Virus record (IMG/VR): IMGVR_UViG_3300031862_000785
Span: 1 to 59,668 of that record
DNA length: 59,668 nucleotides
Reading direction: 5' to 3' (one strand)
Source: a virus
Taxonomy: Duplodnaviria; Caudoviricetes
The position numbers and the translations under genes are program-made. The notes below the pieces were generated by a model, which was not told the DNA's origin, did not search any database, and worked only from the letters and a program-made list of their open reading frames with translations. This document shows positions 36,285-44,869 of this stretch, piece by piece (position 1 is the first letter of the stretch; each line of letters starts with the position of its first letter).

Positions 36285-37893
36285 TCTCGAAGGCTCCAGC
36301 CAGCGACCGCTGCGCGGTCCGTCGTTTCATCTGCGCCTGATACTCATCGCAGATATCGATCCCAATCCACCACCGCCCCAGTTCCTCCGCCACCTTGAGC
36401 GTGGTGCCGCTGCCGGCAAAAGGATCGAGCACCAGCGCCGGACGTGTCGGCCAGCGCTCGAGGATCTCCGCCGGCCACCTGTCTGCTTCTATCTCTCCCG
36501 CGCCGGCGCACTCTGGGCACGGTTCGTCCACAGGTTCTCTCTGCAGTCGCACCAGGTGCGGGTTGTTCGCCTGGTAGGGCGACTTGTTCTGCTCGGCGGT
36601 GTTCGGGCCGGCCTCCGGATATTCCAGAGCTTGCCCGGTGCCGCCGCACTGTTCGCAGGTGACCACGACTTCCTCCGGCTGCCCATGACAGGTGCAGGTC
36701 GGCTGCCAGCCGAGCGTTGTGACGCGATACCTCGCAACCTTGCCGAGAGTGCTGGACTCGTCGCGCTCCTGCCCACCCGGCGGCCGACCCTTGGTCGAGT
36801 AGTTTCCGCCCGGCCCGTTCGGATAGCCGGTGTTATCGATCTCCCGTTGAGTCTGCCGCTGCCAGGGCGCGCCGCAGTCTGCACAGACCTTCGGCGGTGA
36901 TCCGGCCAGGATGCAGCGCCGGGGCAATTCGGGAGGGAAGACCGCAAAGTGCGCGCCGGGATAGCCGACGGTCGAGAATCGCCAGACTGAGCGCAGGTTT
37001 GCCCCAAGCGGATTCGGGCCCTTTTCCCGGATGCGACTCTTCGTATCACCAGGAGACTGAGCGAGAGTTCCCGCCGCGTCCTTCTGGTGGCGAGGGACGT
37101 AAGGTTCCCACGTCGTCTGTTCCGAATACGGTTCGCGCACCGCATCTGCGTCGTAGAAGTAGCGCTCGCTCTTCGCGAGCAAGAGCACGTATTCGTGTCC
37201 TTCGGTTGGACGATCCTTCACCGACTCGGGCATGGGGTTCAGCTTGTTCCAGATCACCACGGATCGTATCCACCACCCGTCCGCCTGCGCCGCTAGTGCC
37301 ACCCGAAACGGGATGAGACACATATCTTTCGGTTTGAGTGACGCGTGATTGCCCGTCATCGGCGGCCGATCGGTGAAGCCATCCCACGCCGCCCGGGGAA
37401 TGCGCTCCTGGTGCGAGGACCGCTGTCGCCCGCGTCGGCTGCCGTAGTTGCCCCAACTCCCGAAGAAGGTGTCGCCCAGGTTCCACCAGACCACTCCGTC
37501 GGGGCGCAGCACACGGCGGATCTCGCGCAGGACGTAGACCGTGTGCTCCACGTACATCTCTGGCGTGGGCTGCAGGCCGAACGGCCCGCGCCAGGCGCCG
37601 CACTTCGCGCACGCGGAGTCCTCTCGCCAGCGGGCCGCTTTCAGCCGCGCGGCGTTGCCTTCGCCGGCCTCACTGAAAGCCTCCCTGCTGCCCCTGGCGA
37701 GCGACTGCTCGGCGTAGTAGCGGCGCGAGGCCCACTCGTGCTCGCAGTCGGGATCGCCGCCCCACACCGCCTCCTGCTGGCCGTCATAGCGCCGTAGCCC
37801 CCAGTAGGGCGGGGACGTGACAACACACTGGACGCTCTCTGCCTCCATTTCTTGCAGCACATCCACGCAATGGCCTATTCGGACTTCCCGCAT
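36271..37893 (-). CDS. N4-C/N6-A DNA methyltransferase (beta class) with Cys-rich insertions
   Basis: VTSPPYW, RRVLRPDG, HFAVFP, LDPFAGSGT; several CxxC pairs. Confidence 0.92.
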   Translation of the reverse strand: MREVRIGHCVDVLQEMEAESVQCVVTSPPYWGLRRYDGQQEAVWGGDPDCEHEWASRRYYAEQSLARGSREAFSEAGEGNAARLKAARWREDSACAKCGAWRGPFGLQPTPEMYVEHTVYVLREIRRVLRPDGVVWWNLGDTFFGSWGNYGSRRGRQRSSHQERIPRAAWDGFTDRPPMTGNHASLKPKDMCLIPFRVALAAQADGWWIRSVVIWNKLNPMPESVKDRPTEGHEYVLLLAKSERYFYDADAVREPYSEQTTWEPYVPRHQKDAAGTLAQSPGDTKSRIREKGPNPLGANLRSVWRFSTVGYPGAHFAVFPPELPRRCILAGSPPKVCADCGAPWQRQTQREIDNTGYPNGPGGNYSTKGRPPGGQERDESSTLGKVARYRVTTLGWQPTCTCHGQPEEVVVTCEQCGGTGQALEYPEAGPNTAEQNKSPYQANNPHLVRLQREPVDEPCPECAGAGEIEADRWPAEILERWPTRPALVLDPFAGSGTTLKVAEELGRWWIGIDICDEYQAQMKRRTAQRSLAGAFENATH

Positions 37894-38228
37894 ATGGTCT
37901 CAGCGAGCTTGTTGTGAATCCGACAACGCAGGTGATCTCGCTCTCGGAGCAACTCGACAACCCTGTCTTCGAGCAAGCGGATGGTGGCGTCGCGCTCGCG
38001 GCACCCCAGACACGCCGTGCGCCAGAGCCTGCCACAGAGGAACGCCACTGGCAGCCCGCCGCATACGAGCGCGGTGATCACCCAGGCCGCCGCAGGCGAA
38101 AGGATGAACGCCCAGAAGTGCCAGTAGATATAGCCGAACACGTAGAACAGCATGAGAGCGAGGAAACCGGTTTCGGCGATACGCCCCCACCGCACACGAC
38201 GAACTGTCCTCCGGAATGTGGTCTGCAT
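37875..38228 (-). CDS. Two-TM membrane protein
   Basis: MQTTFRR start with GAGG RBS; two hydrophobic helices then a coiled coil. Confidence 0.6.
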   Translation of the reverse strand: MQTTFRRTVRRVRWGRIAETGFLALMLFYVFGYIYWHFWAFILSPAAAWVITALVCGGLPVAFLCGRLWRTACLGCRERDATIRLLEDRVVELLRERDHLRCRIHNKLAETICGKSE

Positions 38229-38242
38229 AATGTCCTCGTGTG

Positions 38243-38274
38243 AAGAAGAACAGCCCCGGCCCGAAAGCCGGGGC
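38243..38274 (-). terminator. Intrinsic terminator after sbcC
   Basis: GCCCCGGC-TTTCGG-GCCGGGGC followed by TGTTCTTCTT. Confidence 0.6.
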
Positions 38275-38287
38275 GAGTCGCAGCAGT

Positions 38288-40609
38288 TTATGCGGCGACC
38301 AGGTTCACGCGGCTGCCTTCCGCGTTCTTCGTGACGTCGAAGCGGAAGGGGAACAAGTCCTTGAGTTCCTCCACGTGGGTGATGACCAGGATGGTGGCGA
38401 AGCGCTCGGCCACCTTCTGGAGGCACTCGACGAACAGCGCTCGCCCTTGCACGTCGAGGGGAGCTGCTGTCTCGTCCAGAACAAGCAGTTCGCACCGCGC
38501 GCCGGCCCGGCTGGCCAGCAGCACGGACAGCGCGATGCGGAGCGCGAGGTCGACGCGCATCGCCTCGCCGCCGGAGAAGTTCTCGTAGGAACGAGCGCCG
38601 CGCTCGTCGGCGATGATGATGTCCAGCGTCTCCTGGAGCGTCTTCGCCTTGGTCTCCCGCTGAGAGCGCAGCTCCAGGGACATGCGGCCGTCGCTCAGCA
38701 CCGACAGCACGTCGTTGGCGACCGCCTCAAGGTCAGGCACGGCCTTCTCGATAAGGAGAGCCGGGATGCCCTGCTTGCCGAAGGCCTGCGCCAGCACTTT
38801 GAGCACCTGCAGGCGGCGCTCGTTCTCGCGCAGTGCAGCCGCAAGCTCCTCGGCTTCCTTGGCTGCTTGTTCAGCAGCTCGCAGGCGCTCCTCGAGGCTT
38901 CCGCGCTGCTGTCGGAGGGACTGGACGCGAGCCTGGAGATCGCCAATCGCTGCCCGCGTCTCCTTGAGGCTGCGCTCCACCTGGGCGAGCATCGCGTCCC
39001 AGTTGCGCTGGGGTCCGAGTTCCTTCTCCAGGGCCGCCTTGCGCTCCGCGATCTGCTTCGCCTCGGCCTGAATCGCGCCGAGGTTGACCTGCACCTCAGC
39101 CATCTGGGCTTCAGCGCGTTCCACTCCCCGCAGAGACTGCTGGAGTTCCTGGAGCCGGCCAGCCTGCCGCTTGGCCTCGGCATGCTCCTTCGGGTCGTAA
39201 GCGATCTCCACGCGCTGCTCAGCGATCTCTCGCAAGCGCGCCGCCTCTTCGTCTCCGGCCGTGTGCGCCTGGAGTTCTTGGATCCGGCGCTCGTCTTCAG
39301 ACCACGGCTGCTCCGACTGCAAATCTCGCTGGCGGCTTTCAAGCGTAGGCAGCGCCGATCTCGCTTCACGGGCCTGGGCAATCAGCGGGCACTTGTCTCG
39401 GATGGCGAGGAACGACGGGCGCGTTGCTTCGTCCACCGGATTGGCGCAGGGCACCTTGTCCAGCACTTCGCTCTGCTTGGTGAGCAGCGCGACCTGCTGC
39501 TGCAAGCTCTTGCCCTCGCGCTCGTGGGCACTGCGCAAGTGGGCCACGCGCTCTTTGAGCGCCTCGACCTTGCGGGCGTGCTCCGCCACCGCCGACTGTT
39601 GGCGCTGGCGAAGCAGTTCGGTCTCGTGGAGCAGGCGCTCATCCTCCTGGCGCTTTGCCTCGAGTTCCTGCGCGTAGATATGCGCCTCTTCGGCCCGCCG
39701 CAGGCCTTCGAGGATGGCCGGCTTGTCTTTCGCAGTCCGCCGCAGCGACTCCAGCCGGGACGCAGCTTCGCCTATGCCCGCTTGCGCCCGTTGCGCCCGG
39801 GCGGCAAGATCGTCAAGTTCCTTGCGGCGAGCGCGGTCGGCCTCACGATCGGCCAGCAGCGCCTCTTTCGCCTCCTGCGCCTGGGCAAGCTCGCCCTCGA
39901 TGGCCGCCGCTTGGCGCGCCACGTCGCCCTGTGTCGCCTCGTTCTGAGCGATCTGCTCCCGTAAGCCGTCTACCGCAGCACCCGCCGCACGTAGCGCCTC
40001 GTGGCGCGCTTTCTCGCCTTCGATCCGCGCCGCCAGGTCGCGCCCCATCTGCCGCGTCATCTCGGCACGGCGCTCCCAGGCGGCGAGGTCGAGGATATCG
40101 GAGAGCACCTGCTTGCGCTCCGCAGGCTTGGCTTGACTGAAGGCGGCGACATTGCCCTGATTGGCGCAGGCCGTGACGGTGAACAGGTCGTCGGTCAGGC
40201 GCAGCATCTGCTCGATCCGTCCCTGGGTCTCGGCCACGCTCTTGCCGTCCAGCACTGTCCAACCATCGCCGTTCGATCCGCCTTCGCCAAGGCTTTGGCG
40301 GGCAAGCATCTGGAAAGAGAGCAACGTGCTGCCGCTCCCCTTGCGACTGCGCTGGCGAGACACCAGGTAGGTACCCTGGCCCAAGGCAAAGGCGAACTCG
40401 ACCCGGCAAGCCTGCTCGCCTTCCGTGATCACGCCGTCGAGACCGCCGCGGGTGTGGCCGAAGAGGGCAAAGCGCATCGCGTCCACAACGCTCGACTTCC
40501 CCGCGCCGTTCCGGCCGCTCAGCACCGCGAGGGTGACGCCGTCGAACTCGATGGTGTGCTCGCCGCGATAGGACAGGAAGTTGTCGAGGGTCAGCCGGAC
40601 CGGTCTCAT
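38288..40609 (-). CDS. sbcC: SbcC/Rad50-like SMC ATPase
   Basis: GRNGAGKSS, coiled coil, FSGGE signature, LVLDE, ITH. Confidence 0.92.
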   Translation of the reverse strand: MRPVRLTLDNFLSYRGEHTIEFDGVTLAVLSGRNGAGKSSVVDAMRFALFGHTRGGLDGVITEGEQACRVEFAFALGQGTYLVSRQRSRKGSGSTLLSFQMLARQSLGEGGSNGDGWTVLDGKSVAETQGRIEQMLRLTDDLFTVTACANQGNVAAFSQAKPAERKQVLSDILDLAAWERRAEMTRQMGRDLAARIEGEKARHEALRAAGAAVDGLREQIAQNEATQGDVARQAAAIEGELAQAQEAKEALLADREADRARRKELDDLAARAQRAQAGIGEAASRLESLRRTAKDKPAILEGLRRAEEAHIYAQELEAKRQEDERLLHETELLRQRQQSAVAEHARKVEALKERVAHLRSAHEREGKSLQQQVALLTKQSEVLDKVPCANPVDEATRPSFLAIRDKCPLIAQAREARSALPTLESRQRDLQSEQPWSEDERRIQELQAHTAGDEEAARLREIAEQRVEIAYDPKEHAEAKRQAGRLQELQQSLRGVERAEAQMAEVQVNLGAIQAEAKQIAERKAALEKELGPQRNWDAMLAQVERSLKETRAAIGDLQARVQSLRQQRGSLEERLRAAEQAAKEAEELAAALRENERRLQVLKVLAQAFGKQGIPALLIEKAVPDLEAVANDVLSVLSDGRMSLELRSQRETKAKTLQETLDIIIADERGARSYENFSGGEAMRVDLALRIALSVLLASRAGARCELLVLDETAAPLDVQGRALFVECLQKVAERFATILVITHVEELKDLFPFRFDVTKNAEGSRVNLVAA
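40277..40306. repeat. REP-like hairpin, family A, in frame in sbcC
   Basis: Minus strand CTTGCCCGCCAAAGCCTTGGCGAAGGCGGA encodes LARQSLGEGG. Confidence 0.6.
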
Positions 40610-41829
40610 GCGGCACCTCCTTCTTGCAGCGCCTGCTCCACGGTGCGCGCTTCGGCAATGAGAGCCTCCGTCATCGGTTGAAGGTCGGGGCGCTGCTCGA
40701 GCCAGGCCTTGAGCGTATCCTCCAGCGCCATCTCGGACGAAACCTCGACGGCCCTGCGGCGCACAGCCTCAGCACGCTCAGTCTCGACCTGGTATTCGTG
40801 CACGCCGGCTGCTTCGAGTTCGCGGCGCAGCGCGTTGAAGTCCACATCATTGGCCTGAGGGATTCGCACCCGCACGATTGCGCCGGCCAGCTCCTCTGCT
40901 GGAGGCAGGGCCGCGCCGTCGCCGAGTTCCACGGTGATGAATCGGCGGTAGGGCGTGCTGATGCGTTTGACATCCCCGATACCCTGGGGCTCGAGGGACA
41001 CAAGGAGATAGCCTTTCTCCTCTCCCTCTTCCCCGAAGGTGACCGCTTCGGGAGAGCCGCAGTACCAGACGTGCGGCAGCCCGCCGACCATCTGCGGCTT
41101 GTGAATATGGCCGAGGGCGAAGTAGCAGAAGGGGAGAGCGGACAGATCGTGGGCGTTCAGCGTCCATTCCCCTCCGAGCATCATGAGTCGGTTCTGGCCG
41201 CCCGCCTGCGCCAGGTCGACCGAGAAGTGGCCCAGCAGTATCGCGGGAATGCCAGGAGTGAGCTGCGCGGCCAGTCCCCGCAGGCAGTCCATCATCTTCT
41301 CCCGCACCAGCTCGTTGAGCTGGCCCGGGTCGAGTTTGCGGTTCTCTTCACTCGCAAGCAGCAGCTGCTTGTTGGGCCAGGGCAGGCACGCGATCTGAAG
41401 GTCAGCCTGCTTCGCCGTGCACGACCGCAAGAAGTCGCGCTGTTCGGTCTCAAGATGCTGGAAGAACAGCAGCGTTGGCTGGTCGATTACTGCCAGCCCC
41501 TCGGTCTCCCGCAGCAGGTCGAGGGCATGCTGTTCCACCGGAGACCGGGGTGCGTCGTGGTTGCCAAGCAACAGCACCACGGGCACCCCGGCCTCCAGGG
41601 CCGGCCCGACCGCCTCGCGGAAGAGCCGCACTTCCGTGGGCGTGGGCCGACAGCCGTGAAACGCATCGCCGGCGTGAAGGATCGCCTGCGCCCCCCGAGC
41701 GAGACCATCCTCGACGGTGAACCGCGCGCAGCGGTAGAAGTCCATGAGCCTCGCGTTCAGGCCAGTCTCTGAGTCGAGCCTGCTCCGTTGCGAGGAGAGG
41801 TGCCAGTCCGCGGTGTGAACGAGCTTCAT
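40606..41829 (-). CDS. sbcD: SbcD/Mre11-like nuclease
   Basis: HTADWH, HAGDAFH, GNHD, ALGHIH, YCGS. Confidence 0.92.
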   Translation of the reverse strand: MKLVHTADWHLSSQRSRLDSETGLNARLMDFYRCARFTVEDGLARGAQAILHAGDAFHGCRPTPTEVRLFREAVGPALEAGVPVVLLLGNHDAPRSPVEQHALDLLRETEGLAVIDQPTLLFFQHLETEQRDFLRSCTAKQADLQIACLPWPNKQLLLASEENRKLDPGQLNELVREKMMDCLRGLAAQLTPGIPAILLGHFSVDLAQAGGQNRLMMLGGEWTLNAHDLSALPFCYFALGHIHKPQMVGGLPHVWYCGSPEAVTFGEEGEEKGYLLVSLEPQGIGDVKRISTPYRRFITVELGDGAALPPAEELAGAIVRVRIPQANDVDFNALRRELEAAGVHEYQVETERAEAVRRRAVEVSSEMALEDTLKAWLEQRPDLQPMTEALIAEARTVEQALQEGGAA

Positions 41830-43079
41830 CGCGCGTCACCTCTCTCGCCCTTGCCGCGACGCTTGTTCTGGCACTTGAAGCAGTAGTTCGCGCCGTTGAA
41901 AGCCTGTCGGCCTTTGGCGCTCTGGCAGTAGGCGACTACGTTCGCAGGCAAGTTAGCGTTGCAGTCATCACAGTGGACAGCGTCCGGTTCCTCTTGAGGG
42001 GTCTCGACCGAGTCCTCGGCAACAGCGGGTTCCTCAGTTGGCCGGCTATCCGCCACGTGCGTTTGTCCATTGTCGGGGGCCGGCTCGTCATCCACAGCAG
42101 CCGTTGCTTCCTCCGCCCTGACTTCAGCATCTGTGAAGTCCGGCTCGCCGGCCAGTTGCTCCACGACGTGTGCGTCCACAGCAGCAGCGCGCACTGTTGC
42201 CGCGGGTGCCTCCTCGTGCGCCGGGCCGAAGATCTCTGCCCCGCTGGCGAGCGCCTTCTGGGCCAGCGCCTGGCGAACCGCAGGGTCAGCGAAGTCCGGC
42301 GCGAGCTCGGTGCGCACCACCACAAAGGGCCGGGCCATCTCCTCGCGCAGGTAGGCCTGCCGCAGGTGACAGATCGCCCTTACCAGCCGCAGCAGGGACT
42401 TGGTCTCGGCCAGGCCGTAGCGCTCGGTGATGACTTGGTCGAGGCGGTCCTCGACGTAGCCCTCCAGGTCGAGGGACTTGCCCTCCTCCTGTGCCTTGGC
42501 GAGGCGCTTCTTCCCGTCGCGAACGATCTTGCGCCGCTGCGCATCCAGGTTCCACTCGTAGGAAGCCTTGACGATGCGCCAGCCGGTGTCGGTGCGCACC
42601 GCGCCGATTTGCTGGTAGGCGACGTCATAGCGGGAGGGACAGTCTCCGCACCGCACCGCCTGGCCGGTGGCGCGAGCCATGTCGATGCAGCGCTCGCACG
42701 CATCCGGCTTGATGCGGCGGGAGTTGTGGGGGTCAATGACCAACCCGGTTGCTGAGGCAATCTTCAGCAGGCCAGGTTTGGCCGGGGCGACGTGAGTGGG
42801 CAGGAGTTCGCCCGTCCGGCGATCCCTCGTCCACTTCGTTCCCGGCGCGGCGTAGCAGTCGCCCTTGTTGGTGTCCGGGTCGAGCCGCACCTCCACCGCG
42901 CGGAAGCGCAGGTAGGGAGCGGCCGTGTCCAGTCGCAGGACGGGGGAGAGGATGTTGTAGGCCTGCGAGTCATAGCTCGACAGGTCCAGGCTTGCCCGTC
43001 CTTCGGCGTGGCCGTTCTCCCCCAGGGGTTCTTGCCCGCCCGCCGCTTGACCGGGGGCAGGCGCTAGAGTGGTACTCAC
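41826..43079 (-). CDS. Phage protein, possibly a ssDNA-annealing recombinase, with C-terminal Zn ribbon
   Basis: GTG at 43079 with AGGAGG RBS; AETKSLLRLVR...PFVV; CDDC..CFKC; upstream of sbcDC. Confidence 0.55.
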   Translation of the reverse strand: MSTTLAPAPGQAAGGQEPLGENGHAEGRASLDLSSYDSQAYNILSPVLRLDTAAPYLRFRAVEVRLDPDTNKGDCYAAPGTKWTRDRRTGELLPTHVAPAKPGLLKIASATGLVIDPHNSRRIKPDACERCIDMARATGQAVRCGDCPSRYDVAYQQIGAVRTDTGWRIVKASYEWNLDAQRRKIVRDGKKRLAKAQEEGKSLDLEGYVEDRLDQVITERYGLAETKSLLRLVRAICHLRQAYLREEMARPFVVVRTELAPDFADPAVRQALAQKALASGAEIFGPAHEEAPAATVRAAAVDAHVVEQLAGEPDFTDAEVRAEEATAAVDDEPAPDNGQTHVADSRPTEEPAVAEDSVETPQEEPDAVHCDDCNANLPANVVAYCQSAKGRQAFNGANYCFKCQNKRRGKGERGDAR

Positions 43080-43266
43080 AGCATGACCTCCTGTTTCTGC
43101 CGGAGGGCAAGCTGGAGATGTGTCTGTGGCGAGCGTTTCTGCCATGCTTGCTAACGCCCTTCCGGCTTTAGAATCGGCTGGAGCGGCGCTCGCAGCCGTT
43201 GCATGAATGTTTCCTTGGAAGGGCGCAACAGTCAAGGCCACAGGCGAAGAATCTTCAGGCACTACC

Positions 43267-43295
43267 TTGCCAAATCGGGCATTGTGCGCTAACAT
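43267..43295 (+). promoter_or_regulatory. Promoter of the repressor gene
   Basis: TTGCCA-N17-TAACAT; a divergent TTGACT lies at 43230-35 on the minus strand. Confidence 0.6.
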
Positions 43296-43328
43296 GGCGA
43301 GCGCAATCGTCTCGAAAGGACGCGAAGC

Positions 43329-43769
43329 ATGGAAACCTACAAGCGGATCGGCGAGCGGATGAAGGCGGCGATGGGCGACGCCAGGCTCACCAGCGACCAG
43401 GTGGCCCACCATTTGGGAGTGACCGGCGGGGCGGTGCGCCAGTGGACGAACGGCCTGGCCCGCATCAACCTGGAGGCGCTCATCTCCTTCGCGCGCTTGG
43501 TGGGCAAGCCCCTGGACTTTTTCGTGTCCGAGGAGGCGCTCTCCGGCCAGGCGGCCGGCTCCGAACGCGCCCGCGCCATCAACCGCGCCTTCCAGTACGC
43601 GGTCAGCCACCCCACCTGGAAGCCGGCCGGCTCCGCATTGCACCCTGCCTTCCCACGCGGCGAGGACGACACCAGGGGCGTCGAGGACCGGCTCAAGGTA
43701 ATCGAGCTCTTCGAGCAGACCATGGGTCTGCGCATCCTGGAGGAGAAGTATCGCTCCCCTGCCCGATAG
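43329..43769 (+). CDS. XRE-family HTH repressor
   Basis: IGERMK...LTSDQVAHHLGVTGGAVRQWTNG...L..FA..V..PLDFF; AAGGA RBS; divergent orientation. Confidence 0.85.
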   Translation: METYKRIGERMKAAMGDARLTSDQVAHHLGVTGGAVRQWTNGLARINLEALISFARLVGKPLDFFVSEEALSGQAAGSERARAINRAFQYAVSHPTWKPAGSALHPAFPRGEDDTRGVEDRLKVIELFEQTMGLRILEEKYRSPAR

Positions 43770-43802
43770 GTTGTATGTGCTCGCCGCTGTCATGGCTCTC
43801 CA

Positions 43803-44537
43803 CTAACTACCTACGGGAAAGCGCGCGAAAGTGTCGGGATCGCCTTGCGGATTTTCGCTCCGGCTCACCCGGCGGAGCCACGGCTGTTCGACATTGTGGT
43901 TGTGGAGGCGCAATCGGCTGCCCCGTGGGCTGATGATCTCGATAAACTGACTGGTGATCTCGCCCACCCGATCATCGCTGTGGAGAAAGCAGACCAGGCC
44001 GTAATCCTGCCCGCAGGGGAAGCTGTAGCGGCCGCGGTTCTGGTAAAGCTGCATCTCCGACCATCCCGCCGCCAGCGCGCGGTCACGGATGGCGTCAACC
44101 TTGGCAACCGCCTCGGCTGAGGCAGGTTCTGTGAAACGCCAGTCACCATCTGTCGGGTAGACGTGCGGAGGCGGGGGCGTGGGCTCCCCTGGCTCCTTCA
44201 CCATCGGAGGCGAGTAGCGCGTCGGGTCGAGCGACTTCATCGCCTCCAGAAGAGCCTGCTCGCCGAAACGCTCAACTGCCCAGAAGTGAACCGCATTGAA
44301 TCGGTCGCGCAAGTCTTCATACTGCCTGGAGGGAAGCCGGCCCCTTTCGTAGCGCTTCTGTGCCAGCGCCATCCTGGAGCGCAGCCAGGCATAGTACTCG
44401 GGGTCGAGCCGACGGAACCCGCACGGCTCGCAGATCTCGTCCTGGTCGGGCCGAACGGGAGCCTTCGCCTCCCAGGTCTCCAGGTTGGTGGCGACATAGA
44501 GGTGCGCTCCGTCTCGAATCCCGGCCTCGGCGCTCAT
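43803..44537 (-). CDS. Hypothetical protein
   Basis: 244-aa ORF with GGAGG RBS, coupled to the upstream gene. Confidence 0.65.
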   Translation of the reverse strand: MSAEAGIRDGAHLYVATNLETWEAKAPVRPDQDEICEPCGFRRLDPEYYAWLRSRMALAQKRYERGRLPSRQYEDLRDRFNAVHFWAVERFGEQALLEAMKSLDPTRYSPPMVKEPGEPTPPPPHVYPTDGDWRFTEPASAEAVAKVDAIRDRALAAGWSEMQLYQNRGRYSFPCGQDYGLVCFLHSDDRVGEITSQFIEIISPRGSRLRLHNHNVEQPWLRRVSRSENPQGDPDTFARFPVGS

Positions 44538-44869
44538 CTCAGGCCCGCCTCCTCGAAGTCAGCCAGAACCAGCCGATAGCGAGCGCTCTTGCGATGCAAG
44601 TCTCTCTGCACCAAGACCTGCCATGGTCCGAACCGTTCGCCCCTTTTCGCCGCCAGCGCTCTGCCCAGACGCGTCTGTTGAGAACGGCGCGAGCCATCTC
44701 CGAGCACCTTGCCGAGTCGAGGGCGCTTGACGGCCAGTTCGAGCAAGTCGTGCGCCGCCGTCCAGTTGTCGCGATAGGCATCCCACCAGTCGGCGATGAA
44801 TCTCTGCCACTCATCGCCTTGCGCGCTCAGGAACAGAGGGCATCGAAGACAGTCACCCCTCATGGACAA
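44534..44869 (-). CDS. Stand-alone paralog of the primase C-terminal (wHTH-like) domain
   Basis: About 51/81 identical residues to the primase segment at about 45250-45493 (manual alignment). Confidence 0.75.
   Translation of the reverse strand: MSMRGDCLRCPLFLSAQGDEWQRFIADWWDAYRDNWTAAHDLLELAVKRPRLGKVLGDGSRRSQQTRLGRALAAKRGERFGPWQVLVQRDLHRKSARYRLVLADFEEAGLR

Noticed and set aside
43080-43793. N-terminal 238 aa of ORF 41826..43793
   Set aside because: It is the antisense of the XRE repressor plus intergenic DNA; a GTG with AGGAGG at 43079 is the better start.
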